In this document: positions 1 to 9,471 of the stretch, piece after piece
Layout: each line of letters starts with the position of its first letter
Position numbering within the stretch: position 1 is the stretch's first letter
The notes under the pieces: model-generated
The model's input: only the letters and a program-made list of their open reading frames with translations
Database searches by the model: none
Told to the model about the DNA's origin: nothing
Program-made: the position numbers and the translations under genes
NCBI GenBank assembly: GCA_964607415.1
Contig: CAZSKK010000001.1
Span: 68,190-132,189, forward strand
Source of the DNA: an uncultured Candidatus Saccharibacteria bacterium
GTDB lineage: Bacteria > Patescibacteriota > Dojkabacteria > J137
DNA: 64,000 nt
Reading direction: 5' to 3'

Positions 1-29
1 TGGACTTTCGTTATAGTTAAATAAATTGC

Positions 30-617
30 TTAGTTTTTAAATGCTCTCTGGTGCATTATGATATTTGTAATACTTTTAGGTACTATATCTTCTTCTTGCA
101 CATCTATTGATTTCAAAAAAGTTTTAATCTTTTGCTTTACTTCTTCTGATTCTTCTTGTGTTGCCATAACCTCTACTTCAATACCTAAGCCAAAATCATT
201 AATATCTTCTAAACAAATTTCCATATCATCTAAAACAAACTTTTCTCTGTCCTTATCTAAATCAAAAAAGAATTTATAGCCACTATCTAACATCTCTTGT
301 TTAGCATTTTCAAAATCTTCTCTTGGTTCTTCCTCTTCTTTCCATGAGTTATGATCCCCTTCTGTTGTAATCGTTTTTTTGTTGTAAGAAATGGAAGTAA
401 CTCCATCTTTAATCTCTTTCCTGATTCTTACAGAATAAGAGCCTACTTTATTCATCTCAGCATCTTCAACTTTTTGGCAAGATTTATCACAATAATAAAC
501 ATCATGAATAGATCTAATACCTTTTGAAATAGCTCCAGATTTTATAATCTTCTCTCGAATTGAATTTTTACTTCCACCTTTTATTAAGGCTCTTATTTCT
601 ATTTCCTGATCTTTCAT
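30..617 (-). CDS. CYTH-domain protein (class IV adenylate cyclase / triphosphate tunnel metalloenzyme family)
   Basis: N-terminal EIEIR (ExExK-like), DVYY, VRIR, KDREKF, LED and IEVE motifs in CyaB-family order. Confidence 0.85.
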   Translation of the reverse strand: MKDQEIEIRALIKGGSKNSIREKIIKSGAISKGIRSIHDVYYCDKSCQKVEDAEMNKVGSYSVRIRKEIKDGVTSISYNKKTITTEGDHNSWKEEEEPREDFENAKQEMLDSGYKFFFDLDKDREKFVLDDMEICLEDINDFGLGIEVEVMATQEESEEVKQKIKTFLKSIDVQEEDIVPKSITNIIMHQRAFKN

Positions 618-634
618 AGTAACAATGATAATAA

Positions 635-1171
635 TTAAGACTCTTGGAATAGTGGTGATACTTCAATGCCAACTACTTTAGCTCTTAAAGATTCTCCACC
701 TGCTTCATATTTTACTGTCTCTCCACGTTTTGCACCAAGTATAGCTCCACCTAATGGTGTAGCAGTGCTTACTACAATATTTACATCTCTATCGAATCCA
801 TACTTATCAGCCAACAATACAGCATCATTTTGAGTTACCAATGTTACAGTAATCCCCTCACTTGGGGCATATTCATCATCTGGAAGCTTAACTTTTATCT
901 TATGACCTAATGTTACAAAATCAGTTTGTTCAGGTGTTTTCATTACCTCAGTACCATTGAAAGCATCTTTAGCCTCAGAAATTGATCTCATTAAAGTTTT
1001 TTCTTCTCTTTCTAGTTCATATAAAACTGGATCATCCCAAGGATCTCCATCATTTCCAAATTCTCCTTTTTTCATCCTTGTGGTTGCTAATCTTTCCTCT
1101 AACTCTGATATCCTTCTTTTCATTAATTCAAATGATTGAGGCATCATTACGTTTGGTGTCTCTTGAGCCAT
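635..1171 (-). CDS. GreA/GreB-family transcription factor, divergent
   Basis: N-terminal coiled coil with acidic tip GDPWDD; C-terminal VSTATPLGGAILGAKRGETV Gre motif. Confidence 0.8.
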   Translation of the reverse strand: MAQETPNVMMPQSFELMKRRISELEERLATTRMKKGEFGNDGDPWDDPVLYELEREEKTLMRSISEAKDAFNGTEVMKTPEQTDFVTLGHKIKVKLPDDEYAPSEGITVTLVTQNDAVLLADKYGFDRDVNIVVSTATPLGGAILGAKRGETVKYEAGGESLRAKVVGIEVSPLFQES

Positions 1172-1199
1172 AAATACATTACATATAAAAAATAAATTG

Positions 1200-1817
1200 T
1201 TATTGAACTTTTTGCTTTAACTCCTGCACCATTTCCCCTTCGTGAACTTTCTCTACAAAGTCAATTAGTTGTGTGTATAGTTCGCTTAATTCACCATCAT
1301 TAACTATAGTAAAATCAGCCATAGCTAAACACTTCGCATTTTCTTGTTGATGTTCATTGCCTTCCTCTCCATTTTCCCTTTTATCACATTCTAAAAATTC
1401 CTCCCATGTTTTAGGATCTGATGGTCTTCCCCTTTGCAAAACTCTTTCAAATCTTTTTCTTTGATCGCTAGTGATTCCTAACACAAATGCAGGTATTTCG
1501 CATGATTTCAATATTTCAATTTCATTTGGATGTCGTACTCCATCAACTAACATCAATTCGTATGTATCATCATTTATTAATCCATCTACAACCATTTGTG
1601 CAAAAACGCCGTTACCCTTTTCATGTCTTAAATTATTCGCATGAATTTGTAAATCTGCTCTAGTCGGCGATTCAATTCCTAGTTGAGATACATATTCTCT
1701 AACTTTACTAGACAACGAGATGTATTTTACATTTTGAATGTCCGTTAGTAAATTAGCAACTGTACTCTTGCCTGCACCAGATGGGCCGACTAAGCAAATA
1801 ATCTTTCTATTACTCAT
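1200..1817 (-). CDS. P-loop nucleoside monophosphate kinase (dephospho-CoA/CMP kinase-like)
   Basis: Walker A GPSGAGKS, VDGVR, RFER...RGR lid, ADFTIVNDG C-terminus; 4-bp overlap with the RNR gene. Confidence 0.8.
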   Translation of the reverse strand: MSNRKIICLVGPSGAGKSTVANLLTDIQNVKYISLSSKVREYVSQLGIESPTRADLQIHANNLRHEKGNGVFAQMVVDGLINDDTYELMLVDGVRHPNEIEILKSCEIPAFVLGITSDQRKRFERVLQRGRPSDPKTWEEFLECDKRENGEEGNEHQQENAKCLAMADFTIVNDGELSELYTQLIDFVEKVHEGEMVQELKQKVQ

Positions 1818-3562
1818 AATTCTTTAGGTTGATAAGATCTAGAATTGTCTCTGAAAACAGAAATACCTTTGAGACCAAGTTGATAAGCTCGAATCTGTAT
1901 CTCAACAATGTCATCAGGTGTTGAATCGGCAGGTAAATTAACAGTTTTTGAAATAGACTCATCTACAGCCTTTTGAACTTCGGCAACTGTTAATAAATGA
2001 TCCATTGGACTAATTTCTGTCGCCGTAACAAGTATTTTTCTAATATCCTCTGGAAGATCAGAAACATTTACAGCTTTTCCCTCTTTATATAACTGCTCGA
2101 CAACTCTTACATAATCAAGTGAATGTCTTTTCAAGATATCAATTACAACCGGATTAACGCCATATCTATCGGATAATTTAAACAATGGTTCTACACCTGT
2201 AGATGCTCCAATAACCATCCCACTTCTTCCCGTAGGAGGTAACGCTATTGTAGTAACATTTCTTAATTGTCCTGTTCTATAAATCTCATCATCTAAATCT
2301 AACCATTCTTGGGCATCAACACTCTGGGTACTTAGATTTCCGTATCTTTCAGATAGATATCCATTTTTCTGAGCATACTTGCTTCCAATAGATCTAACAG
2401 CAGGTGCTGCTCCTCTTGTTTTTGCAAGGTCAACAGATTCTCTTTTTGTATTAATATTAATGAAATTTACTAAATCTAATAACATTTCTCTAGCTTGTGG
2501 TGTATCGTAAGGTATTCCCATTTTAATTAACAAATCAGCATATCCACATATACCTACACCAACCTTCCTTTTCATAGTCATGATACTTTGACTTTCAAAT
2601 GTTGCGTAATTATCTATACTAATTTCTAAAGCATTATCTAAAGCCCTTAATAGAGTTGAAGATACATCACTAAGCTTTACATAATCTATATGTGCTGTTC
2701 CATCTTCATTGTATTGAATAAAGTTACCTAAATTTATATATCCAAACTGACAAGATTCACCAGGAGCAAGACCTACCTCTGCACACGGAGCTGTACTTAT
2801 ATATGCTCCAGTAAATGGAGTAGGATTATGTGCATTCATTCGATCAAGGAAAACTATACCTGGATCACCACAAGCATGACATGATTCAGCCATTTGCCTA
2901 AAAAGAGTAGGTGCATTGATAACAGTTCCATCTTCAAGTGTAAAATCATTACCATCAATAACTGCTTGCATAAAGTCATCAGAAACATTTACAGAAATAT
3001 TAAATTTCCATTTTTCGCCTCTACTATCTGCTCCTACTTTTACATTTACAAATTCTAAGATCTTAGGATGGGAAACGTGAAGAGTAGCCATGTTTCCTAC
3101 AGGTCTTTGTTCTCTTCCGCTTTCTGCACCATCTACAGCAACAGAATTTAAAAATCTTAAAACAGACACAGGATCAGACAGGTCAGAAAGATCGAAACCT
3201 GTTCCCATTCCATCTTGATGGTATTCGTCAACTATTTCTTTCACCTTTGATAAGTCACCTCTTAAATCCACAGGAGGAACTACACAAGCTGATAGAGGTC
3301 TATCATTAAATCTTCCTGCATTTGTAAGAACTGGTGTACTAAATATTATTGTCTGTTCATCAATATATGCTCCCAGTTTTTGTGCAAACTTTCTTATATC
3401 ATTTTCAGTTGCACCAAATTTGCTTTCTATTCCTGCTACAGTATTCACAACTCTGTCAACCATTTCGTGAGGCATTTCATTTACATCTATAATCAATCCA
3501 GATCTAAGAACGTCTTGCCCTACTTCTGGAGGATAAAATTTTGATTCGTATATATTGCTCAT
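1814..3562 (-). CDS. nrdJ: class II (adenosylcobalamin-type) ribonucleotide reductase, short and divergent
   Basis: STPVLTNAG, LSACVV, GDPGIVFLDRMN, TAPCAE, RKVGVGICG, PPTG, STGVEP, VDESISKTVN, GLKGISVFRDNSR; no YY dyad and no NrdB nearby. Confidence 0.8.
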   Translation of the reverse strand: MSNIYESKFYPPEVGQDVLRSGLIIDVNEMPHEMVDRVVNTVAGIESKFGATENDIRKFAQKLGAYIDEQTIIFSTPVLTNAGRFNDRPLSACVVPPVDLRGDLSKVKEIVDEYHQDGMGTGFDLSDLSDPVSVLRFLNSVAVDGAESGREQRPVGNMATLHVSHPKILEFVNVKVGADSRGEKWKFNISVNVSDDFMQAVIDGNDFTLEDGTVINAPTLFRQMAESCHACGDPGIVFLDRMNAHNPTPFTGAYISTAPCAEVGLAPGESCQFGYINLGNFIQYNEDGTAHIDYVKLSDVSSTLLRALDNALEISIDNYATFESQSIMTMKRKVGVGICGYADLLIKMGIPYDTPQAREMLLDLVNFININTKRESVDLAKTRGAAPAVRSIGSKYAQKNGYLSERYGNLSTQSVDAQEWLDLDDEIYRTGQLRNVTTIALPPTGRSGMVIGASTGVEPLFKLSDRYGVNPVVIDILKRHSLDYVRVVEQLYKEGKAVNVSDLPEDIRKILVTATEISPMDHLLTVAEVQKAVDESISKTVNLPADSTPDDIVEIQIRAYQLGLKGISVFRDNSRSYQPKEL

Positions 3563-3666
3563 TTCTTAAATAAATAAAATATAGTTACTAATTTTTAGCG
3601 TCGGTTCGTATTTATAACACTTATAGATACTTTACGCATTGTGTTGCAATACAAATTTCGCACTTT

Positions 3667-3903
3667 TTATTCAATTTCTATAATTTCTACGTATATCAGT
3701 TGGCCTATTGGATTTTTATAACTTACAATATCCCCTTTACTAAAATTCATCAGGGCTTTACCTAATGGAGATTCGTATGAAATAGCTCCAATTTCAGTAT
3801 TTACCTTTTGAGGTGTGACTATTGATAGTATTCTTATCTTTTCTCCCATTTTTATAGTTACTCTTGATCCAACTTCTACTATTTTCCGTTCTGGATCTGC
3901 CAT
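3667..3903 (-). CDS. GreA/GreB C-terminal-domain-only protein (Rnk-like)
   Basis: VEVGSRVTI and ISYESPLGKALM...GDIV motifs; no N-terminal coiled coil. Confidence 0.8.
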   Translation of the reverse strand: MADPERKIVEVGSRVTIKMGEKIRILSIVTPQKVNTEIGAISYESPLGKALMNFSKGDIVSYKNPIGQLIYVEIIEIE

Positions 3904-3962
3904 AAATTATTTATTAAAAGTTAAGTAACTATTTAGTATTTTCTTTTACACCGTATTACTAA

Positions 3963-4349
3963 TCAACTAAAGTTATCTTTACTTACCTTAGTAGAGTTAT
4001 CTACTTTTCGCCCTTTTATCTCTTTGTTCATTAGCTTCTTTTCAATGTCATTTCTCCATTTAAATGTTTGTCCGCTATTGTCATTTACATATACAACATA
4101 CTTATCTAGGTAGCTCCTAAGACTTTCAGGTGCATCCTGTGCCTTAAAAATATATGGTTTATATCCTTTAAGTTTAAACTCCCCTTCAGACACATGAACC
4201 AAGTCAGTCCTCCTTGCATTTACTAAGTCTATAAGCTCTGAAGGCATTTTCTTTATTATTGATCTCCAAAAATCAAAGATCACATTATTTCTATTGGTTT
4301 TATAAATATAATGATTTAATTCGTTTTCAGTTACTACTATATAGTTCAT
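3963..4349 (-). CDS. hypothetical protein, paralogue of 4346..4690
   Basis: Aligns end to end with the adjacent ORF; 4-bp overlap. Confidence 0.7.
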   Translation of the reverse strand: MNYIVVTENELNHYIYKTNRNNVIFDFWRSIIKKMPSELIDLVNARRTDLVHVSEGEFKLKGYKPYIFKAQDAPESLRSYLDKYVVYVNDNSGQTFKWRNDIEKKLMNKEIKGRKVDNSTKVSKDNFS

Positions 4350-4690
4350 TTTGCAAGACTATAACTATTGATTTGAACCTTAATTTTTGATTTCCAAGCA
4401 ATAATTTCTTCTGTATCTTTCTCAACAACTATTAAATATTGATTCAAAACTTGTAATAAATCCTGACTAGCACCTTTTGTTTTAAATAAAAATACTTCAC
4501 CACCTGTTATATTGATCTTTTCATCTGATTGCACTAGATTTGTAGGTAGCTGTTTAAGTTCTTTTTTTAATTCTATAGGCAGGTCTGAAATTAATTCATT
4601 AAAGAACCGTCTGATCTTATTATCTTTATTAGATCTATATAAATACTCTATATACTCATCTTCCTTTGCGAATATAATCCTTTTATTCAT
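4346..4690 (-). CDS. hypothetical protein, paralogue of 3963..4349
   Basis: Shared Y.Y...N, P.EL, T.LV, F.FK..A..L...L..Y and W pattern. Confidence 0.7.
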   Translation of the reverse strand: MNKRIIFAKEDEYIEYLYRSNKDNKIRRFFNELISDLPIELKKELKQLPTNLVQSDEKINITGGEVFLFKTKGASQDLLQVLNQYLIVVEKDTEEIIAWKSKIKVQINSYSLAK

Positions 4691-4708
4691 ATTAAAAACT
4701 TATAATTT

Positions 4709-4993
4709 TTAAACTTTAATAACTGCTTTAGTTGCGAAAGCACCAGGATTATCATCAAAGGATATTTCTGGTGTAAATTCTTTATCAAAATTTAATTTGG
4801 ACATAACATGATCTATATAGCCATCTATTTTTAGTTCCCTGACTGTTTTTATAACTTCTTCAGTGTCGTCACCAGACCATACAATTATGAAATGTCCTGC
4901 ATTTTTCAAGATCTTAAGCAAATTCACCATTGTTTTTGTTTCGTCAGGGTTACTTCTAAGTAAAGTACCATTAACATCAAAAGCTATTTTCAT
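4709..4993 (-). CDS. minimal capless HAD-superfamily phosphatase
   Basis: FDVNGTL motif I, VWSG motif II, K, SFDDN motif IV. Confidence 0.75.
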   Translation of the reverse strand: MKIAFDVNGTLLRSNPDETKTMVNLLKILKNAGHFIIVWSGDDTEEVIKTVRELKIDGYIDHVMSKLNFDKEFTPEISFDDNPGAFATKAVIKV

Positions 4994-5250
4994 TTTTTAC
5001 GAGTTAAGATATAAACCTCATTTTTAGAATATCCATCTAATTTAATTGAGTGACCAACGTCAAGTGATTTTAGTAAGTGACTTTCCAATAAGATTCCGAT
5101 AGCTGAAGCTAATTTTTCATAGTCTTCTAGAAATTTAATAGATTCCAAAAGCCTTTTTTGTGGATCTAAGCTCAAAATTTGCCTTACTAGACCACGCAAA
5201 TATCGGTTAGTGATTTGTTGCTCATTTGTGTTACCATCATCTATTGACAT
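4990..5250 (-). CDS. hypothetical protein (probable ATG start at 5250 rather than 5349)
   Basis: 4-bp overlap with the HAD gene; the annotated upstream extension starts at TTG and looks non-coding. Confidence 0.5.
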   Translation of the reverse strand: MSIDDGNTNEQQITNRYLRGLVRQILSLDPQKRLLESIKFLEDYEKLASAIGILLESHLLKSLDVGHSIKLDGYSKNEVYILTRKK

Positions 5251-5457
5251 TTTGCCAGAATTTCTATAAAATAATATACATAAGAAAAGCCAAAGGTATG
5301 AAAATACCCCAAACTTACTTATAGCGAAACAGATTGGTTTAGTCCGCAAAACGATACCAGTCTGTTTTTTTATTTTAACCTATTTGTACGTACGTGTACA
5401 TACATGAAATATTATCATAATATCATATGTATGTCCAGTATTGTTGGCAAATTATCT

Positions 5458-6423
5458 TTAAACCCAGGTAGACTTTATTCGTGGATGCTTATAGCGTAAT
5501 GTAGTTAATGATTGAGAAGAAGTCCACAATAAGTTGCTAATCTCAATTTCGCTGACATTCCATTTCAATTTTCTTTTTAAATATTCAGAAATTTTATGAC
5601 AAATTAAGATTGTAGCCATTCTGATCTCAAGAGTTTCTTCATCAGAATCAAATAAAGTTACTTCATTCTCAATCTTTTCTTGTAAGTTTTTTGAGTATAT
5701 TAACAGTCCATAATGATTTAATACTTGCGGGAGTTTATAGTCAGAACTCGCAGTCAAATTCTGTGTATTTTTAATATTTCCTAACCCCTCGCCTTTAAAC
5801 TGCTCATAGATCAAGGTTATTGCTTCTTGAGATTTTTTAAAGAAATTTAACTCAGTATTTTTATAAAAGTGCACATCTTTAAATATATCAAAAGAGTCTA
5901 CAAGAATATCATTTATTCTCACGGCATCTCTATTTGCTTGTTTAAGGATCTCAAAAAAACTTCCATTAAATTTTATTTGAAGAGTCTCTCCGAATTTTCT
6001 TGCTATTTCATATCTTTCTTCCCAATTTGATATTAAGACGCCATTTTCTCCTTGTATAATTGTTTTAAAATCGGAAGTACTTATCTTAGAGAGATAGTTG
6101 GCTTTGTTAATGGCAAATCCTTTTTCTACTGCAAGTTTTAATGAGTAGAATAAAGCATAAGATCCCCAGAGTTTTTTACCTTTAAATACTCTATACCACT
6201 CAGGACTATCCCAATAGCAGAAGCTAATAGCACTAAACAATGATAGATATATTAATGAATCTTCAGTGGGCGAGTGGTAAATAAAATCTTGATTCCAATT
6301 ATTTTTTTGAGAAAAACTTATACTCTTAACAAAAGATTCAATATTATTCTCGTTTAATTGTACATTTTCAAATAAAGGGTAAAGAGCTTCAATTCTTCTA
6401 AGAAGATTTGTAATAGAACTCAT
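5458..6423 (-). CDS. queuosine salvage family protein (Qng1/DUF2419, Q-nucleotide N-glycosylase-like)
   Basis: SFCYW, GSYAL, FFKKSQ, LTASSDYKLPQVLNHYGLLIYS, EIRMATI and terminal HPRIKSTW match the family layout. Confidence 0.85.
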   Translation of the reverse strand: MSSITNLLRRIEALYPLFENVQLNENNIESFVKSISFSQKNNWNQDFIYHSPTEDSLIYLSLFSAISFCYWDSPEWYRVFKGKKLWGSYALFYSLKLAVEKGFAINKANYLSKISTSDFKTIIQGENGVLISNWEERYEIARKFGETLQIKFNGSFFEILKQANRDAVRINDILVDSFDIFKDVHFYKNTELNFFKKSQEAITLIYEQFKGEGLGNIKNTQNLTASSDYKLPQVLNHYGLLIYSKNLQEKIENEVTLFDSDEETLEIRMATILICHKISEYLKRKLKWNVSEIEISNLLWTSSQSLTTLRYKHPRIKSTWV

Positions 6424-7094
6424 TTCTCGACATATACTTTAATAACTATTTCTGATTGAGTCTCTTGTACCTCGTAAGTACAGTTTGTATTATCTAAATA
6501 TGAAGTTATCTCCTTTACTTGGAGATTCGGTAGATCTTGGTTATAAATTTTCCTCGAAGGATCATACATTCCTCTTTGTATAGAGCCGTTAACAATATAC
6601 CCATTTGGTAAAGAGTATATACAGACTCCTTTATTCTTTACAACTCTTATACTCTCACTTATTGCCTTTTCAAGATTTACTCCATAAGATTGAAAACTTC
6701 TTAAGCAGCAATATACATCAAAGCATGAATCAGAAAATTCTAGTGAGTTTATATTCATTACCTTAGTGTGAACAAAAGGATATTTTTCATTCAACTTCCG
6801 TAATGCTCTTTTGCTTAAATCTATAGCTGTTATTTCACAACCATGAAAGAATTGCACTTCATAACCATTATTAGCACCACCAATTAATATTCGTATATTT
6901 TGCTTAGGAGTTTCTATAGATTCTATGGTTTTAGCTAGTATTGTATGTAATTCATCATGCGATACAGCTCTTAAATCATCCGAATAATCGTAATCACCGT
7001 ACTTTATATCAAAAGCATTGATAAGCTTATCTTGCTTGGTATCTCCTGGAACAATTTTTATTAATTTCGCTATATCTAATTCCTGCCATTTCAT
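6420..7094 (-). CDS. class I SAM-dependent methyltransferase
   Basis: ILIGGANNG motif I variant, AIDLS, LEFSDSCFDV, RVVKNKG. Confidence 0.8.
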   Translation of the reverse strand: MKWQELDIAKLIKIVPGDTKQDKLINAFDIKYGDYDYSDDLRAVSHDELHTILAKTIESIETPKQNIRILIGGANNGYEVQFFHGCEITAIDLSKRALRKLNEKYPFVHTKVMNINSLEFSDSCFDVYCCLRSFQSYGVNLEKAISESIRVVKNKGVCIYSLPNGYIVNGSIQRGMYDPSRKIYNQDLPNLQVKEITSYLDNTNCTYEVQETQSEIVIKVYVEK

Positions 7095-7675
7095 AAACTC
7101 AAAAGTTCTGAAATATTAGTATTATCAGTCATCTCTTTCTGTATTAAATCACGGATGATTTCAGAAGTAGTTTTATTTGTTTTTTGTCCCAGTAAATCAA
7201 GGAAATTCTTCTGAGCAGGACTCAATCTCATATTAAATCTGACTGAGTATTGTAGATTTTCAACAGATTTAAGAAATTCTTCAATATATTCTTCTATTTG
7301 TTTTTCAGTTTTATATTCTTTAGCGTAAAAAACAGGATGTCTTATTTTTCTAGAGTAATCCCATTTTTCAGATAAACAAAGTACTGGCTTATTGTATACT
7401 AAGGCTAACCCACTTTCATGTCCCAATTGAAAAGAATCTGAAGATGCTTCGATTATAACCGCATCAGCTTCTAGCGTTGCCTTTCTAACAAACATATAGT
7501 GTAACTCTTCAGGAGATTTTCCTTTCATTAATTTTTTATCAAGAAAATCACCATAGTCTTGAACTTCTCGACTAATGATATCTACCTTAGATTTCTTTAG
7601 AACTTCAATAATCTTATCGTATGTACTTTGCAATCTTGACTTCTCCCTATAGGAAGAGGTAAAAAATATTTTCAT
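7091..7675 (-). CDS. nucleoside 2-deoxyribosyltransferase-like domain fused to a C-terminal ribbon-helix-helix domain
   Basis: MKIFFTSS, ADAVIIEAS..S..LGHESGLAL..NKPVLCL; C-terminal VRFNMRLS...TTSEIIRDLI. Confidence 0.75.
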   Translation of the reverse strand: MKIFFTSSYREKSRLQSTYDKIIEVLKKSKVDIISREVQDYGDFLDKKLMKGKSPEELHYMFVRKATLEADAVIIEASSDSFQLGHESGLALVYNKPVLCLSEKWDYSRKIRHPVFYAKEYKTEKQIEEYIEEFLKSVENLQYSVRFNMRLSPAQKNFLDLLGQKTNKTTSEIIRDLIQKEMTDNTNISELLSL

Positions 7676-7761
7676 GGAAAAAATATAATAAATTTACGCC
7701 TAATTTTACCATAGGCGCAGTACAATGCAAGACAAAAGAAGCGATTTGGTCGAATTTTACA

Positions 7762-9465
7762 TTAGCGTATTGGTATTACTGTTTTAGATATTTCATCTTC
7801 AGGTACTTTGTTTAAATTTATTGGTAACACAATAGTAAACGTAGATCCTTTGCCTATTCCTTCACTTTCTATTAGTAAATCTCCGCCATGAAGCTTCATA
7901 ATATTTCTAACAACATACAATCCTAGCCCTGTTCCTCCTGGGCTTGTTAAGTTGGTTGTTTTAGGTTTTAATCGAACAAATTTCTCACCTAATTTCGATA
8001 CGTCTTCTTTGTCAATACCACGTCCATTATCTTTTAGAGCAATGTAAACTTTTGAATTATCCTTATATAGTCTCAATTCAACTATTGACTGCTTTCCCTC
8101 AATGTTAACCCCGTATTTTAGAGCATTTGTAAGTAGTGCATCTATACTTTGCCTAATTCTCGTCTCGTCTGCTTTGATGTTAAAAGCCTTTAACTCGGAA
8201 TCATTAAACTTTAATTCAAAACGTTTTGCATCATCTACTTTTGACATAAACTCTAAACTTTTTCTCGCAAGATCAACCAAATCAAATTCAGATATATTTA
8301 ATTCTATTCTTTTCTTATCAATCCTTGCAGCTTCTAATACGTCATTAAGAACGGCAAATCCTTGAACTAGCAATTCATCAATACTAAAAATATCCGTAAA
8401 TAAGTCATCGACTTCTTTAGGTTCTGCTTTCCCAGCTTTCCAAACATCAATTCTTTTAGCTGCCGTCTCCTTAATATAATTTATAGTTTGCTTTATTATA
8501 GACAATGGAGTCTTAATTTCATGTCCTATTATATCTAGTTGATTTTCCTGTTCCTCAGCTTTCCTCTGTATAAACGCTTTACTTTCTTCCAATTCAGTAT
8601 TTGTCTTAGCTAATTCTTCACGTTGCTTGATTTCATTTAGTATGCTTCGCATTAATATTGTACATAAGCCTACAAAAAATATAAGCATGATGATTTTAAT
8701 TTCCTGAGGGACAATTGTAATAATATCAATGAGTAGTAGAATACTCATTGCACTTATCACGAACGCAGCTAAAGCTACCTTTACATTCAGAAATTGCCTC
8801 GATACCATTGCTATAGCTGTAAACATCAAAAATATTATTGCAGAATAATCTCCATAATGCTGGTACTCAGCAGTATTCAAGAAAGTGGTAGTCAAAATGT
8901 TAAAAATTACATTGAAGACAATAAATAGTATTGTACCTATGAGGAAAAGCTTAATTTTCCGTTTTTCGCTTTCTGATGAGGTTATATATCGCGAAATGAA
9001 ATAATATACGAAAATAATAGAAATTAATCCCGCAAATATGCTGAAAGCAGGATAAATATTCCCAAAATGTATTTCATTTCCCCATTCTCTTTTAATAGCA
9101 CTATCAATAATTGTATTCGTAAAAAGAGATAAAAGTACAAATATTGAACTCACAGTGAATAATCCCCATTTTAAAATAGGTTTTTTAATCTTTAAGAAAC
9201 TTTCAATATAAAAGACATAAGCAGCAAAGAAAAATGCTGCTACAAAAGCTAAATTTAATCTATAAGACAAAATAGATAAATTTAAATTTGATTCTGTATA
9301 ACCTAAGTATGCGAAATCTACCCAACCCATGAGTAGAATTGTCATTACAACGAACCATCTATATAGGTTTTCTTTGAAGGAGTTAGCAAGTACAACAATA
9401 ATTAGAAAAATACTTATTCCATTTATTACTGCTAGTATTAAAGTTTCAAGAGGTAAAACGTTCAT
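7762..9465 (-). CDS. sensor histidine kinase with N-terminal multi-TM (HisKA_7TM-like) input domain
   Basis: About 8-9 TM segments; GHEIKTPL, LLTNALKY, DNGRGI and GGTGLGL boxes. Confidence 0.92.
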   Translation of the reverse strand: MNVLPLETLILAVINGISIFLIIVVLANSFKENLYRWFVVMTILLMGWVDFAYLGYTESNLNLSILSYRLNLAFVAAFFFAAYVFYIESFLKIKKPILKWGLFTVSSIFVLLSLFTNTIIDSAIKREWGNEIHFGNIYPAFSIFAGLISIIFVYYFISRYITSSESEKRKIKLFLIGTILFIVFNVIFNILTTTFLNTAEYQHYGDYSAIIFLMFTAIAMVSRQFLNVKVALAAFVISAMSILLLIDIITIVPQEIKIIMLIFFVGLCTILMRSILNEIKQREELAKTNTELEESKAFIQRKAEEQENQLDIIGHEIKTPLSIIKQTINYIKETAAKRIDVWKAGKAEPKEVDDLFTDIFSIDELLVQGFAVLNDVLEAARIDKKRIELNISEFDLVDLARKSLEFMSKVDDAKRFELKFNDSELKAFNIKADETRIRQSIDALLTNALKYGVNIEGKQSIVELRLYKDNSKVYIALKDNGRGIDKEDVSKLGEKFVRLKPKTTNLTSPGGTGLGLYVVRNIMKLHGGDLLIESEGIGKGSTFTIVLPINLNKVPEDEISKTVIPIR

Positions 9466-9471
9466 GTGATA

